From the NCBI GenBank assembly GCA_046045965.1, contig JBJOKS010000022.1, forward strand, positions 32,001 through 96,000: DNA of 64,000 nucleotides. The letters are read 5' to 3'. How positions within the stretch are numbered: the stretch's first letter is position 1; every line of letters starts with the position of its first letter. The position numbers and the translations under genes are program-made. Positions 18,322-27,521 of the stretch are shown here, one piece after another. The notes beneath the pieces were generated by a model. It was not told the origin of the DNA. It worked only from the letters and a program-made list of their open reading frames with translations, and did not search any database. The stretch comes from Cyanobacteriota bacterium. Lineage in GTDB: Bacteria > Cyanobacteriota > Cyanobacteriia > Cyanobacteriales > Nostocaceae.

Positions 18322-19515
18322 TTAATTTATCCAAAACACCCCCACCTTATCCACCTTTTCCCAAGGTAATTCTATATCACTCCTACCCACATGACCATAA
18401 GCAGCAAGCTGACGATAAAAACCACCTTTAGTTAATGAAGGTAAAAACCTTAAATTAAATTGTTTAATAATTCCTGCTAACCGAAAATCAAAATGTTTCT
18501 CTAAAATTGCCGTTATTTCCTCATCAGAAATCTTCCCAGTTCCAAAAGTTTCTACCTGCACACTTACAGGTCGAGAAAGTCCAATAGAATAACTTAACTG
18601 CACTTCGCATTCATCAGCTAATTTAGCAGCAACAACATTTTTAGCAGCATATCTGGCAGCATAAGCCCCAATTCTATCTATTCTCACAGGGTCTTTACCA
18701 CTTAACGCCGAACCGCTATGTTTAGAATATTCACCATAGGTATCAATAGCGTTTTTTCTACCTGTTAAACCTGCATGAGTAGTAGGACCACCAATAATAA
18801 ATCTGCCATCAGGATTAATAAATATTCTAGTTTTAGCATCAGGTTTAATTGCTTCATTTGCAAACACAGGAGCAATCACAGTTTCACGAATATCATCACG
18901 TAATTGCTGTAAATCAGGTTTTGCAGATTGATTTTGACTAGCAATAACTGTAATACTGTGAATTCTATAAGGTCTACGATTTTTATATTCAACACCTACC
19001 TGAGTTTTACCATCTGGTGTCAGATAGGGGAGGATTTTTTGCTTTCTCACCTCACTAATTTGTCGAGCTAATTTATGTGCTAACCAAATGGGTAAAGGCA
19101 TAAAATTATAAGTTTGATTGCAAGCAAAACCAAAAACCGTAGCTTGATTAGTAACAGTAATTTTCTCTATTTCCGCATCAGATAAAATTTTTTCATCAAA
19201 TAAATGATGTTCTTCAGGAGGCAATTCTGTTAAACTAGTTAAAATACTGCAATTTTTACCATTGAATTCCGTTTTGTGATAACCAACTTGTTCAATTACC
19301 TGCCTAGCAATATTTGTAAAATCCACATTAGCACTAGGTTCAAATCTAGCAGCAATAAAAACAATTCCTGTAGACACAGCACATTCTGTAATAATTCTCG
19401 CGTAGGGATCTTGTTGTAAAAACCTATCTACAATAGCATCACTAATCTGATCACAAAGCTTATCAGGATGCCCTTCCGTAACAGATTCCGACGTAAACAT
19501 AAAATCCTTTTTCAT
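18322..19515 (-). CDS. metK: S-adenosylmethionine synthetase
   Basis: FTSESVTEGHPDKLCDQISD, PDGKTQV, GLTGRK, SGKDP; start set to ATG 19515. Confidence 0.93.
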   Translation of the reverse strand: MKKDFMFTSESVTEGHPDKLCDQISDAIVDRFLQQDPYARIITECAVSTGIVFIAARFEPSANVDFTNIARQVIEQVGYHKTEFNGKNCSILTSLTELPPEEHHLFDEKILSDAEIEKITVTNQATVFGFACNQTYNFMPLPIWLAHKLARQISEVRKQKILPYLTPDGKTQVGVEYKNRRPYRIHSITVIASQNQSAKPDLQQLRDDIRETVIAPVFANEAIKPDAKTRIFINPDGRFIIGGPTTHAGLTGRKNAIDTYGEYSKHSGSALSGKDPVRIDRIGAYAARYAAKNVVAAKLADECEVQLSYSIGLSRPVSVQVETFGTGKISDEEITAILEKHFDFRLAGIIKQFNLRFLPSLTKGGFYRQLAAYGHVGRSDIELPWEKVDKVGVFWIN

Positions 19516-19576
19516 AGAAAAATCCTCTCTTTTCTCTGCGTTCTCTGCGCCTCTGCGGTTCGTTACCATCATGATT

Positions 19577-22546
19577 TTAATTGATTTTTTTACTCCCTTC
19601 ATTAACCAAAAGTGGCAACAAAGCACCACCAGCAATAACAGCAGCATCTCCTATATTCAATTGTGCAATCTTCAACAAACCCCGTAATTGTGGCACAGTT
19701 AAAGCTAAAATTTGAATACCAAAAGAACCAACAACAGCAGTATTTAAATAAGGATTAGATGGTAATTTTTCTTTACTAAAAATACTGTGTTTTTCAGAAC
19801 GACTGCTAATAGTATGTAGTAATTGCCCTGATGTTAAAGTCATAAAAGCTAAGGTACTAGATTTAGGACTAATTCCATATTTAAAAATACCGTAACCATA
19901 AGCAGCTAAGGTACTAATAGATATGGCAGCAGATTCAAACACAATTCTGCCGAAATCGGTATTTTTAATAATTTGTTCATTAGGGTTACGAGGAGGTTGA
20001 TTTAATACGTCTGGTTCTGGTGCTTCCATAGCTAAAGAAAGTCCAGGGAAAATATCAGTTACTAAGTTCAACCATAGCAGTTGAATTGCGTTTAAAGGTT
20101 CACCAATACCCACTGCGGTAGCGGTTGTCATCACCATAATTTCACTGAGATTTGTAGCTAGGAGAAAATGCACAGATTTTCTGATATTGTTGTAAATTGT
20201 TCTGCCTCTACTAACCGCAATCATCATTGTTTCTAATCTGTCATCTTCCAGCACGATATCAGCAACTTCACGGGCAACATCTGTACCTTCTTTACCCATT
20301 GCTACACCGACTTGGGCAGCTTTTAATGCTGGTGCGTCATTAATACCATCACCGGTCATAGAGACAACTTTACCCGATGTCTGCAATGCTTGGACAATTT
20401 GTAGCTTATTACTAGGACTAATGCGGGCAAAAACGTCAACTTTGTCGCTGAGTGCTGCTAATGCTTCGGGTGTGAGATTATTGAGGTTATTAGAGTCGAG
20501 AATTTCTAATTGAGGATGTCGATTTAATTCTAACTCTTTTGCGATCGCATAAGCTGTAGGAGTTTGATCACCAGTAATCATTACCGTATCAATTCCCGCT
20601 TGATGAAAGTCTGCAATTAATTCTTTTGCACCTTTTCTAATTGGATCAGCCATCCCCACCAAACCCAACCAAATTAAATCTGATTCATGATTATTGTTAT
20701 TTTCTACTTCCTCAATATAACCATAAGCTACACCCAAAACTCTTAACGCTTTTCCTGCCAAACGATCATTTTCTATTTCCATCTTTTGCCTATCTTCTGC
20801 TGTCAAAGGTACAACTTCACCGTTGTTGATCCACCGATGACAAATTTGTAAAACTTCCGCAGGATTTCCTTTAACTGCAACCATTTGATGACAATTATGA
20901 GTTGAATGAATTGTACTCATGAGGTTGCGATTTTCTGACCGCAAATTAGTTTGCAATAAAGGATATTTTTCTTTCAATGCCATCACATCTACACCCGCAC
21001 TAATCGCTGTGTAAATCAAAGAATTTTCTGTGGCCGAACCTGTAACTTGATATTCACCATCATGGTTTTGACTAACTTCACTTTCATTACAAAGCACTGC
21101 CACGTGAATTAATTTTAATAATTCATTATAGGTATAGGGATTAATAGATTTTTCCTCTACAATAAATTCACCATCAGTTACTTGAATGTGTTTACTGTCG
21201 GTGACAATTTCCACTACAGACATTTTATTTTCTGTGAGTGTCCCGGTTTTATCTAAGCAAATTGTTTGCACAGAACCCAAGGCTTCAACTGCATTTAAAC
21301 TGCGGACAAGAACGTGATTTTTTCGCATATCACGAATGCCTAAAGCTAGGGTTGTGGTGGCAATTGTTGGTAAACCTTCGGGTACTGCTGCGACTGCTAA
21401 AGAGATAGAAGATTGCAAAATTGCTAATAAATTATATCCTCGTAATATTCCCAAACCAAAGACTAAACCACATAATCCCATGCTAATTAAAACCAGTTGG
21501 CTACCCACTTGATCTAATTGTTTAGCAAGGGGAGTTTGGGTTGTTGTTGCTTCACTTACTAATTGCTGAATCTTGCCCATTTCGGTAAATTTGCCTGTAG
21601 CAACTACCGCAGCTATTCCCTGTCCATTAATTACTAATGTACCTTTATAAATCATATTGATGCGATCAGCTAAAGGCACATCTTCAGCATTTAAAGAAGT
21701 AGTAATTTTAGTAACGGGAACACTTTCCCCAGTTAAAGCAGATTCATCAATACTTAAATTTTCAGCTTCAACAATTCTCGCATCTGCGGCAATATAGCTA
21801 CCAGGTTTAAGGACTAAAATATCTCCTAATACTACATTTTCTGTAGGTATTTCTTGTAAGTTACTATCTCTAATTACCCAGGTTGATTTTTCTGAGCGAT
21901 TTTTTAGGGAATTAATAATGCGTTCTGACTGACTTTCTGTAAGATAACCAATGGCAGCATTTAAACCAACTACACCCAAAATTACTACAGCGTCAATAAT
22001 TCCCCCAGTGAAAATAGAAATTCCCGCAGCAACACCTAATAAAGCAACTGGTAATGATTTAAACTGCTCAACTAACATACTGATTTCTGAGCGTTTTACT
22101 GTTGCTGATAATAGATTTTTACCATATTTATTGAGGTGTTTATTGGCAGTTTCACTAGATAATCCTGAAATGTTAGAAGTATTTAATGATTGCAGAACAT
22201 TATCCGCTGTCCTTAAATGCCAGTTTTCGGTTTTTTGTTCTTGTTTGGGTACAGTAAATTTATCTTTTTTGGGAATTTTAGCTAATACTTTCACATCATA
22301 AAATCCAGCCTTATCTTTATAATCTGATAAAGCTTGATCAATGAGATATGCAATTTTTTTATAGCTAACATCCGGTTGAAAAGTTACCAGAATATTACTG
22401 GTTAACACATTAGCAGCAACAGAAAATATTTCTGGGTAACTGGCAAGCGATCGCTCCAAATATATCTTTAATGACTGCGAACGATAAAGTTCATCAATTT
22501 TATATCTAGCTCTCCCTTTGACACTGTTGTGTATTATTTGAATCAC
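19577..22546 (-). CDS. P-type cation-transporting ATPase (P2/Ca2+-like) with N-terminal HMA2-like domain
   Basis: LTGES, VPEGL, DKTGTLT, MTGDGINDAPAL. Confidence 0.95.
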   Translation of the reverse strand: MIQIIHNSVKGRARYKIDELYRSQSLKIYLERSLASYPEIFSVAANVLTSNILVTFQPDVSYKKIAYLIDQALSDYKDKAGFYDVKVLAKIPKKDKFTVPKQEQKTENWHLRTADNVLQSLNTSNISGLSSETANKHLNKYGKNLLSATVKRSEISMLVEQFKSLPVALLGVAAGISIFTGGIIDAVVILGVVGLNAAIGYLTESQSERIINSLKNRSEKSTWVIRDSNLQEIPTENVVLGDILVLKPGSYIAADARIVEAENLSIDESALTGESVPVTKITTSLNAEDVPLADRINMIYKGTLVINGQGIAAVVATGKFTEMGKIQQLVSEATTTQTPLAKQLDQVGSQLVLISMGLCGLVFGLGILRGYNLLAILQSSISLAVAAVPEGLPTIATTTLALGIRDMRKNHVLVRSLNAVEALGSVQTICLDKTGTLTENKMSVVEIVTDSKHIQVTDGEFIVEEKSINPYTYNELLKLIHVAVLCNESEVSQNHDGEYQVTGSATENSLIYTAISAGVDVMALKEKYPLLQTNLRSENRNLMSTIHSTHNCHQMVAVKGNPAEVLQICHRWINNGEVVPLTAEDRQKMEIENDRLAGKALRVLGVAYGYIEEVENNNNHESDLIWLGLVGMADPIRKGAKELIADFHQAGIDTVMITGDQTPTAYAIAKELELNRHPQLEILDSNNLNNLTPEALAALSDKVDVFARISPSNKLQIVQALQTSGKVVSMTGDGINDAPALKAAQVGVAMGKEGTDVAREVADIVLEDDRLETMMIAVSRGRTIYNNIRKSVHFLLATNLSEIMVMTTATAVGIGEPLNAIQLLWLNLVTDIFPGLSLAMEAPEPDVLNQPPRNPNEQIIKNTDFGRIVFESAAISISTLAAYGYGIFKYGISPKSSTLAFMTLTSGQLLHTISSRSEKHSIFSKEKLPSNPYLNTAVVGSFGIQILALTVPQLRGLLKIAQLNIGDAAVIAGGALLPLLVNEGSKKIN

Positions 22547-23090
22547 TACTTTGTTGCTCCTGAAATTCCATTGAAACAGTATTAATTGATAAATTCGTTA
22601 ATTGAGTTTCATCCTCAAAATTCAATCTGGTAAAAATATCAAAAGCATACCAAGCCAATATATACCAAGGTATTTCTTCTAATTCAAATCCTTTTCTTAA
22701 CAATTGTCGCAGCGAAAGTAAACCTATTGCTAAAGGTAATATTACTCGTAAATCAGCAACACCATTTGTCATTCTCCCCACATCTGCATTAAGATCAGAT
22801 ACTACATTTATAAAATCTTTTGCTGCTTCTGTTTTACCATTGGTGAACCGGTTTGAATAAGTTCTAGATTTCCAACTTTCTGGTTTTTCCTTTCTAGCAT
22901 CTGCGGTTGCTTTTTCCACAGTTTCGCCCATTTCTGCAACTGCATCCTTGACCCTTTCTGATAAAAGAATACTATCTTTAATAGTATTTTGGACTACAGG
23001 TTGTTTCATAGCTGACGCAATAGGTAAAATCACAGGTGAGAAGACTATTGCTGTCAACCCTTCAAAAATAGTGTCTAATGTAGATGCCAT
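22506..23090 (-). CDS. DUF5132-like hypothetical protein
   Basis: FSPVILP...KDAVAEMGE pattern; overlaps the ATPase start. Confidence 0.7.
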   Translation of the reverse strand: MASTLDTIFEGLTAIVFSPVILPIASAMKQPVVQNTIKDSILLSERVKDAVAEMGETVEKATADARKEKPESWKSRTYSNRFTNGKTEAAKDFINVVSDLNADVGRMTNGVADLRVILPLAIGLLSLRQLLRKGFELEEIPWYILAWYAFDIFTRLNFEDETQLTNLSINTVSMEFQEQQSSDSNNTQQCQRES

Positions 23091-23366
23091 TTTTTAACCT
23101 CCATTGTGAGTAAGTTATCTAAGTCAATCAATATAAAAGTGTAATTAAAATTATAACTATTTCCATCATCCTAAAGTCAGAGAAGTATTGGTAAGCAAAT
23201 AGCAAAATTAAAGCTTATTTTCCTCTAAAATTATTACTTTAGTAATACACTAGATGGCTTGGTGACTCACATAAGAATTACACCTCTAGACTCATGTAAT
23301 AGAAACATAAAAACCTTAATACTAAAAAGGATATTCAATAACTATGACTTACATAAAAATAGTTCC

Positions 23367-23828
23367 ATGACAAATTCAGAAAACCCAAATCAACAAATTC
23401 AAACATTGCGTACACTGATTCAAGATGTTGACTCTGCAATGTTAACCACAGTCGATGATGATGGTAGTTTGCATAGTCGTCCTATGTCTATTTTTAGCGA
23501 CATTGACACAGATGGTAGACTTTGGTTTTTTACCTTTGCGAATTCCCATAAAGTATTAGAAATTGAACGTCGTCAACAAGTAAATGTGAGTTTTTCTTCA
23601 CCTGATCAACAGCGATATGTTTCCATATCCGGTACAGCAGAACTCGTCAGAGATAGAAATAAATTACAAGAAAAATGGCAACAAAAATTACAAACTTGGT
23701 TTCATCATGGAGTAGATGATCCGAATATTGCTTTGTTGAAGGTGAATATAAACAAAGCAGATTATTGGGAAAGTCCATCAAGTTTTACACCACAAACAAT
23801 TAGTTTATTAGAACTTTCACACCGTTAA
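23367..23828 (+). CDS. Pyridoxamine 5'-phosphate oxidase-like / general stress protein 26 family
   Basis: AMLTT...LHSRPM, LWFFT, YVSISGTA, ADYW. Confidence 0.88.
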   Translation: MTNSENPNQQIQTLRTLIQDVDSAMLTTVDDDGSLHSRPMSIFSDIDTDGRLWFFTFANSHKVLEIERRQQVNVSFSSPDQQRYVSISGTAELVRDRNKLQEKWQQKLQTWFHHGVDDPNIALLKVNINKADYWESPSSFTPQTISLLELSHR

Positions 23829-23894
23829 ACTTTAATTTTTCCTAGCCCCTTTTTACCCCTTTTTAAGGGGTATCTCCATGCAAATTAAAATTGA

Positions 23895-24107
23895 TCAGCT
23901 TCTAACTTCTCTTTGACTTTGGGAATGAGTTTTTTCAATATATCCCATTAAGCTTTCCGCCATTTCTACAGACGCAATAATTAATTGCTGTTCCATATTT
24001 CCAGAACCTCCCTCATCACTAACTTGGGGGTAAATATGAGGATTAGATAGCATCGCAGCCAATAATTGAGATGCAGTCTTTTTCAATTCATCAACTTGTG
24101 TATTCAT
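23895..24107 (-). CDS. Small hypothetical protein
   Basis: 70-aa ORF starting 4 bp after the upstream gene's stop. Confidence 0.7.
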   Translation of the reverse strand: MNTQVDELKKTASQLLAAMLSNPHIYPQVSDEGGSGNMEQQLIIASVEMAESLMGYIEKTHSQSQREVRS

Positions 24108-24111
24108 TTAT

Positions 24112-24741
24112 CTATTCCTGCCAATCTAAAGGCGGTTCAATCATAGTTTCTGATGATTTACCAGCACGAACACCGGGTTTATCAACGATTTTTACAGAGC
24201 TTGCTTGGGGTCCTTCTTCACCTTCTTCTTGAGAAAAATGCACACCCGTACCAATTTCTAAACGGTCAAAATCATTATGTAAAACGCTATTGTGATGGAA
24301 ATATATTTCCCTACCATCTAAAGTTTTTAGGAAACCATAGCCATCTTCTCGAAATATTTTAGTGACAAAACCTGTACTTTCTTGTACTTCTTCATATCGG
24401 TGAGCTACTTCACTTGCACGTTGCATTTGCGTAAGTTTAGCTAACTGCTGACGCATAGCATCAAAGGTGTCTCTAATGACTGCATCTAGCGGTTGATATT
24501 GAATACCCTCACCAGGATTTTTTTCCGCTGCTAGTTCATGTCCTGGGGGAACAGTCAGATCAATTCTCACCCGGTAAGGAGAACCACTGCTGGGACGGTC
24601 ATGAATTTTTTCAATAGCGATATGACAGCTATTGATGTAGTTACAAATATTTTCCAGCTTGGCGATTTTTTCGTGAACTAAAGTATCAATTGCATCTGAT
24701 TTTTCTAGATTACGATAGGTGATTTCTGGTTGTATTTTCAT
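24112..24741 (-). CDS. HPF/RaiA ribosome-associated domain fused to cold-shock domain
   Basis: PEITYRNL...RVRIDLTVPPG (HPF-like); GYGFL...IYFHHNSV...GPQAS (RNP1/RNP2 of a CSD). Confidence 0.88.
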   Translation of the reverse strand: MKIQPEITYRNLEKSDAIDTLVHEKIAKLENICNYINSCHIAIEKIHDRPSSGSPYRVRIDLTVPPGHELAAEKNPGEGIQYQPLDAVIRDTFDAMRQQLAKLTQMQRASEVAHRYEEVQESTGFVTKIFREDGYGFLKTLDGREIYFHHNSVLHNDFDRLEIGTGVHFSQEEGEEGPQASSVKIVDKPGVRAGKSSETMIEPPLDWQE

Positions 24742-24976
24742 GCTTTTATAGTCCAAATAGCCAATCTAAATATTTACTTGTTACAAATGCCTTGGTTCTA
24801 TATTCCATCTAAGTTTATCTTACATTCATTAAACAATTTTAAACAAAAAAATAATGATTTTCCTCTCACTCAGGGTAAGAGATTTTTACTTTAAGTATCT
24901 ACCTTGAGGATGAGTTGACCAGGCAATTATTAAGTATTATATTTAAAATGAACTTTGTTGTTATAGAAAACTTAAA

Positions 24977-26272
24977 TTGAATGCAGATTTAATCAGTAGC
25001 ATAATATGGCTAAGTGGCTGCCTTATCCTAGTTTTATTTGTACTTGCTTTATTCGTCCTTTATTTAAGGATTTCTTGGTATAAGAAAATCAAGTACAGAA
25101 TGACAGATGTTCCTAACTTTGAGGAACCTCATTTTTTTCCAGCAATGATGAGCGTGTCAAATTCACTCATTACTTCTGGTGATCCAGCAAAATTTTGGTT
25201 TGATATTGATGCTATTTATACAGCTAGACTAGAGGCAATTAAATGCGCCCAAAAAACAATTCATTTTGAAACATTTTACATGACTCCTGGGCAGCGGGCT
25301 GATGAATTTGCTAGGGCGTTAATTGAGCGATCGCAAACAGGTGTAGAAGTCCTCTTTATTGCCGATAGCGTGGGGGTAAACTCAATTTCTACCAACTATT
25401 GGCAACGGTTAAAAGCTGGAGGTGTAGCAGTCCGATTTTTTCATCAATTTAATTGGCAAACTCCCCTCACTTATAACATCCGCACCCACCGCAAATTATT
25501 ATTAATTGATGGTGAAATTGCTTTTGTTGGCGGTATGGGTGTTTCTGATCATTGGGATGGTATTATGCCTAAAAATATCACCCCCCCTTGGCTAGATTTA
25601 GAGGTTTGCTTTAGTGGGCAAATTGTTGTTACTCTAGAAGGAATTTTTATGCAACATTGGTTGTACGAAGGTGGTGTGGCCAGTCTGAGAGCAGAACTGT
25701 TTAAAACTCAAGTTGTTGGTGGTTTAACTATGTTAGTAACACCTAGTAGTTCACCATCTCCTTTTTCTTCTGTCTGCGCTCTTTTTTCTACAGCTTTCCT
25801 AGCAGCGAAAAACCGCATTTACATTGCTACCCCTTACTTTTTACCTGATAGCAACTCTCGGAGAGCTTTATTAGCAGCAAAACAAAGAGGTGTTGAGATT
25901 CGTATTCTGACAATGGGTGCAAAGAATGATAAAACTTTAGTTTACTATGCAGTCCGTCAAGGTTACGGTGAATTATTAACAGCAGGAATTAAAATATATG
26001 AATATCAGCCCAGCATGATGCACGCCAAAGTTTTGCTCATTGATGATAATTTTGTTAGTACAGGTAGTGCTAACTTAGATCCCCGCAGTATGTTCCATAA
26101 TGATGAATTGAATATTTCTTTATCTGAGTCTAAATTAGCTCAATTTGTACAACAATTCTTTGTTTATGGTTTCTCTCACAGTCATCAGATAAATATGTCA
26201 GAATGGAGAAAGCGCAGTATTTGGCAAAAGTTTTTAGGTAGATTAACTTTGTCTTTTCGTTGGCAATTATAA
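24977..26272 (+). CDS. Cardiolipin synthase-like phospholipase D
   Basis: Two HKD motifs (HRKLLLID, HAKVLLID), GSANLD. Confidence 0.9.
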   Translation: MNADLISSIIWLSGCLILVLFVLALFVLYLRISWYKKIKYRMTDVPNFEEPHFFPAMMSVSNSLITSGDPAKFWFDIDAIYTARLEAIKCAQKTIHFETFYMTPGQRADEFARALIERSQTGVEVLFIADSVGVNSISTNYWQRLKAGGVAVRFFHQFNWQTPLTYNIRTHRKLLLIDGEIAFVGGMGVSDHWDGIMPKNITPPWLDLEVCFSGQIVVTLEGIFMQHWLYEGGVASLRAELFKTQVVGGLTMLVTPSSSPSPFSSVCALFSTAFLAAKNRIYIATPYFLPDSNSRRALLAAKQRGVEIRILTMGAKNDKTLVYYAVRQGYGELLTAGIKIYEYQPSMMHAKVLLIDDNFVSTGSANLDPRSMFHNDELNISLSESKLAQFVQQFFVYGFSHSHQINMSEWRKRSIWQKFLGRLTLSFRWQL

Positions 26273-26305
26273 AAAGTAATAATTCAGTATTTAAGAGACT
26301 TTCCA

Positions 26306-26373
26306 CCCTATTCCCTATTCCCTATTCCCTATTCCCTATTCCCTGTTCCCTGTTCCCTGTTCCCTGTTCCCTG
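26306..26373. repeat. Short tandem heptamer repeat CCCTATT/CCCTGTT
   Basis: Directly visible. Confidence 0.95.
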
Positions 26374-26377
26374 ATAT

Positions 26378-27205
26378 ATGATCAAAATACTTTCAGAACC
26401 ATTAAGCATTGAATATTTAACTGTAGAAATTTTTGGCTTACCTCAACATTTACAAAACACTAAAATAGTTCAACTTTCTGATTTTCATTATGATGGGTTA
26501 TTACTAACAGAAGATTTACTTGCCGAAGCAATTGCTGTCACCAATCAACTAGAACCTGATTTAATAGTATTAACAGGTGATTTTGTTACTCATAATCCCC
26601 GACCCATCTATCAATTAGCAAAGCGGTTAAGGCATTTAGAAAGTCGCGCTGGTGTTTATGCTATCTTGGGTAATCATGACCTTTATTATACTCATTCAAA
26701 AACCGAAATTACCTCGGCATTAACTGCTGTAGGAATTGAGGTACTTTGGAATCAAATTTCCTATCCTTTAGGTTCAGATTTAGCATTAGTAGGACTCGCT
26801 GATTTTTGGTCTCCAGAATTTCATCCCGCACCTGTGATGAATTCTTTAGATATCAATATTCCTCGCCTTGTTTTATCTCATAATCCTGATAGTGCAGTAG
26901 TTTTGAAAAACTGGCGCGTAGATTTACAATTATCAGGACATACTCATGGGGGTCAAATTGTTATTCCCGGTGTTGGATCTGTCCCAAATTGGATTTCTTC
27001 TTCCCGTCACAAAATTCCTGAATTCTTTTGGCCTTGGATACCTTTTATGAAGGGGAAATGGCCGAAAGTAGTGGAAAATTGGCAATGGAGTCAAGGACTA
27101 CATCAAGTAGGTACAAATCAATTGTATGTAAATCGTGGTTTGGGAACTTTCCCCCCCGGACGTTGGTATTGTCCACCCGAAGTCACAGCGATTTCTCTAG
27201 TATAA
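26378..27205 (+). CDS. Calcineurin-like metallophosphoesterase
   Basis: SDFH, TGD, GNHD, SHNPD, SGHTHGGQ. Confidence 0.92.
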   Translation: MIKILSEPLSIEYLTVEIFGLPQHLQNTKIVQLSDFHYDGLLLTEDLLAEAIAVTNQLEPDLIVLTGDFVTHNPRPIYQLAKRLRHLESRAGVYAILGNHDLYYTHSKTEITSALTAVGIEVLWNQISYPLGSDLALVGLADFWSPEFHPAPVMNSLDINIPRLVLSHNPDSAVVLKNWRVDLQLSGHTHGGQIVIPGVGSVPNWISSSRHKIPEFFWPWIPFMKGKWPKVVENWQWSQGLHQVGTNQLYVNRGLGTFPPGRWYCPPEVTAISLV

Positions 27206-27259
27206 AAACATTAGACATCTCTACTGAATTTTGCCAATATTCTCACCGAAAAATCCTCT

Positions 27260-27510
27260 CTTGTGGTAAAATTCTAATTCCTATGATTTGGGAAACTTCG
27301 GTTAAATTCCGAGACTGTGCCGCAGCTGTAAAGCAATTTGAGATTTTAGATTGCTGATTTTAGATAGTTGATGCTGAAAAACCATCTAGTACAAAAGATA
27401 CGGGTAATCAGAAAATCCAAAATCTAAAGTCTAAAATCCAAAATTGAACAAGTCAGAATGCCAACTCTAGGAAATACATCTCAGTTCTGTCTCCGCGTCG
27501 CACGGGGAAG
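27260..27510 (+). promoter_or_regulatory. Cobalamin riboswitch (5' boundary uncertain)
   Basis: GGGAAACTTCGGTTAAATTCCGAGACTGTGCCGCAGCTGTAA ... AAGTCAGAATGCC upstream of cobG; downstream GCGTCGCAC is complementary to GTGCCGC. Confidence 0.85.
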
Positions 27511-27521
27511 GAGTTATAGTT

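Noticed and set aside
19516..19647. N-terminal extension of metK in the ORF track
   Set aside because: Overlaps the ATPase end and a CGCAGAG repeat; MetK homology starts at MKKDFMFTSES
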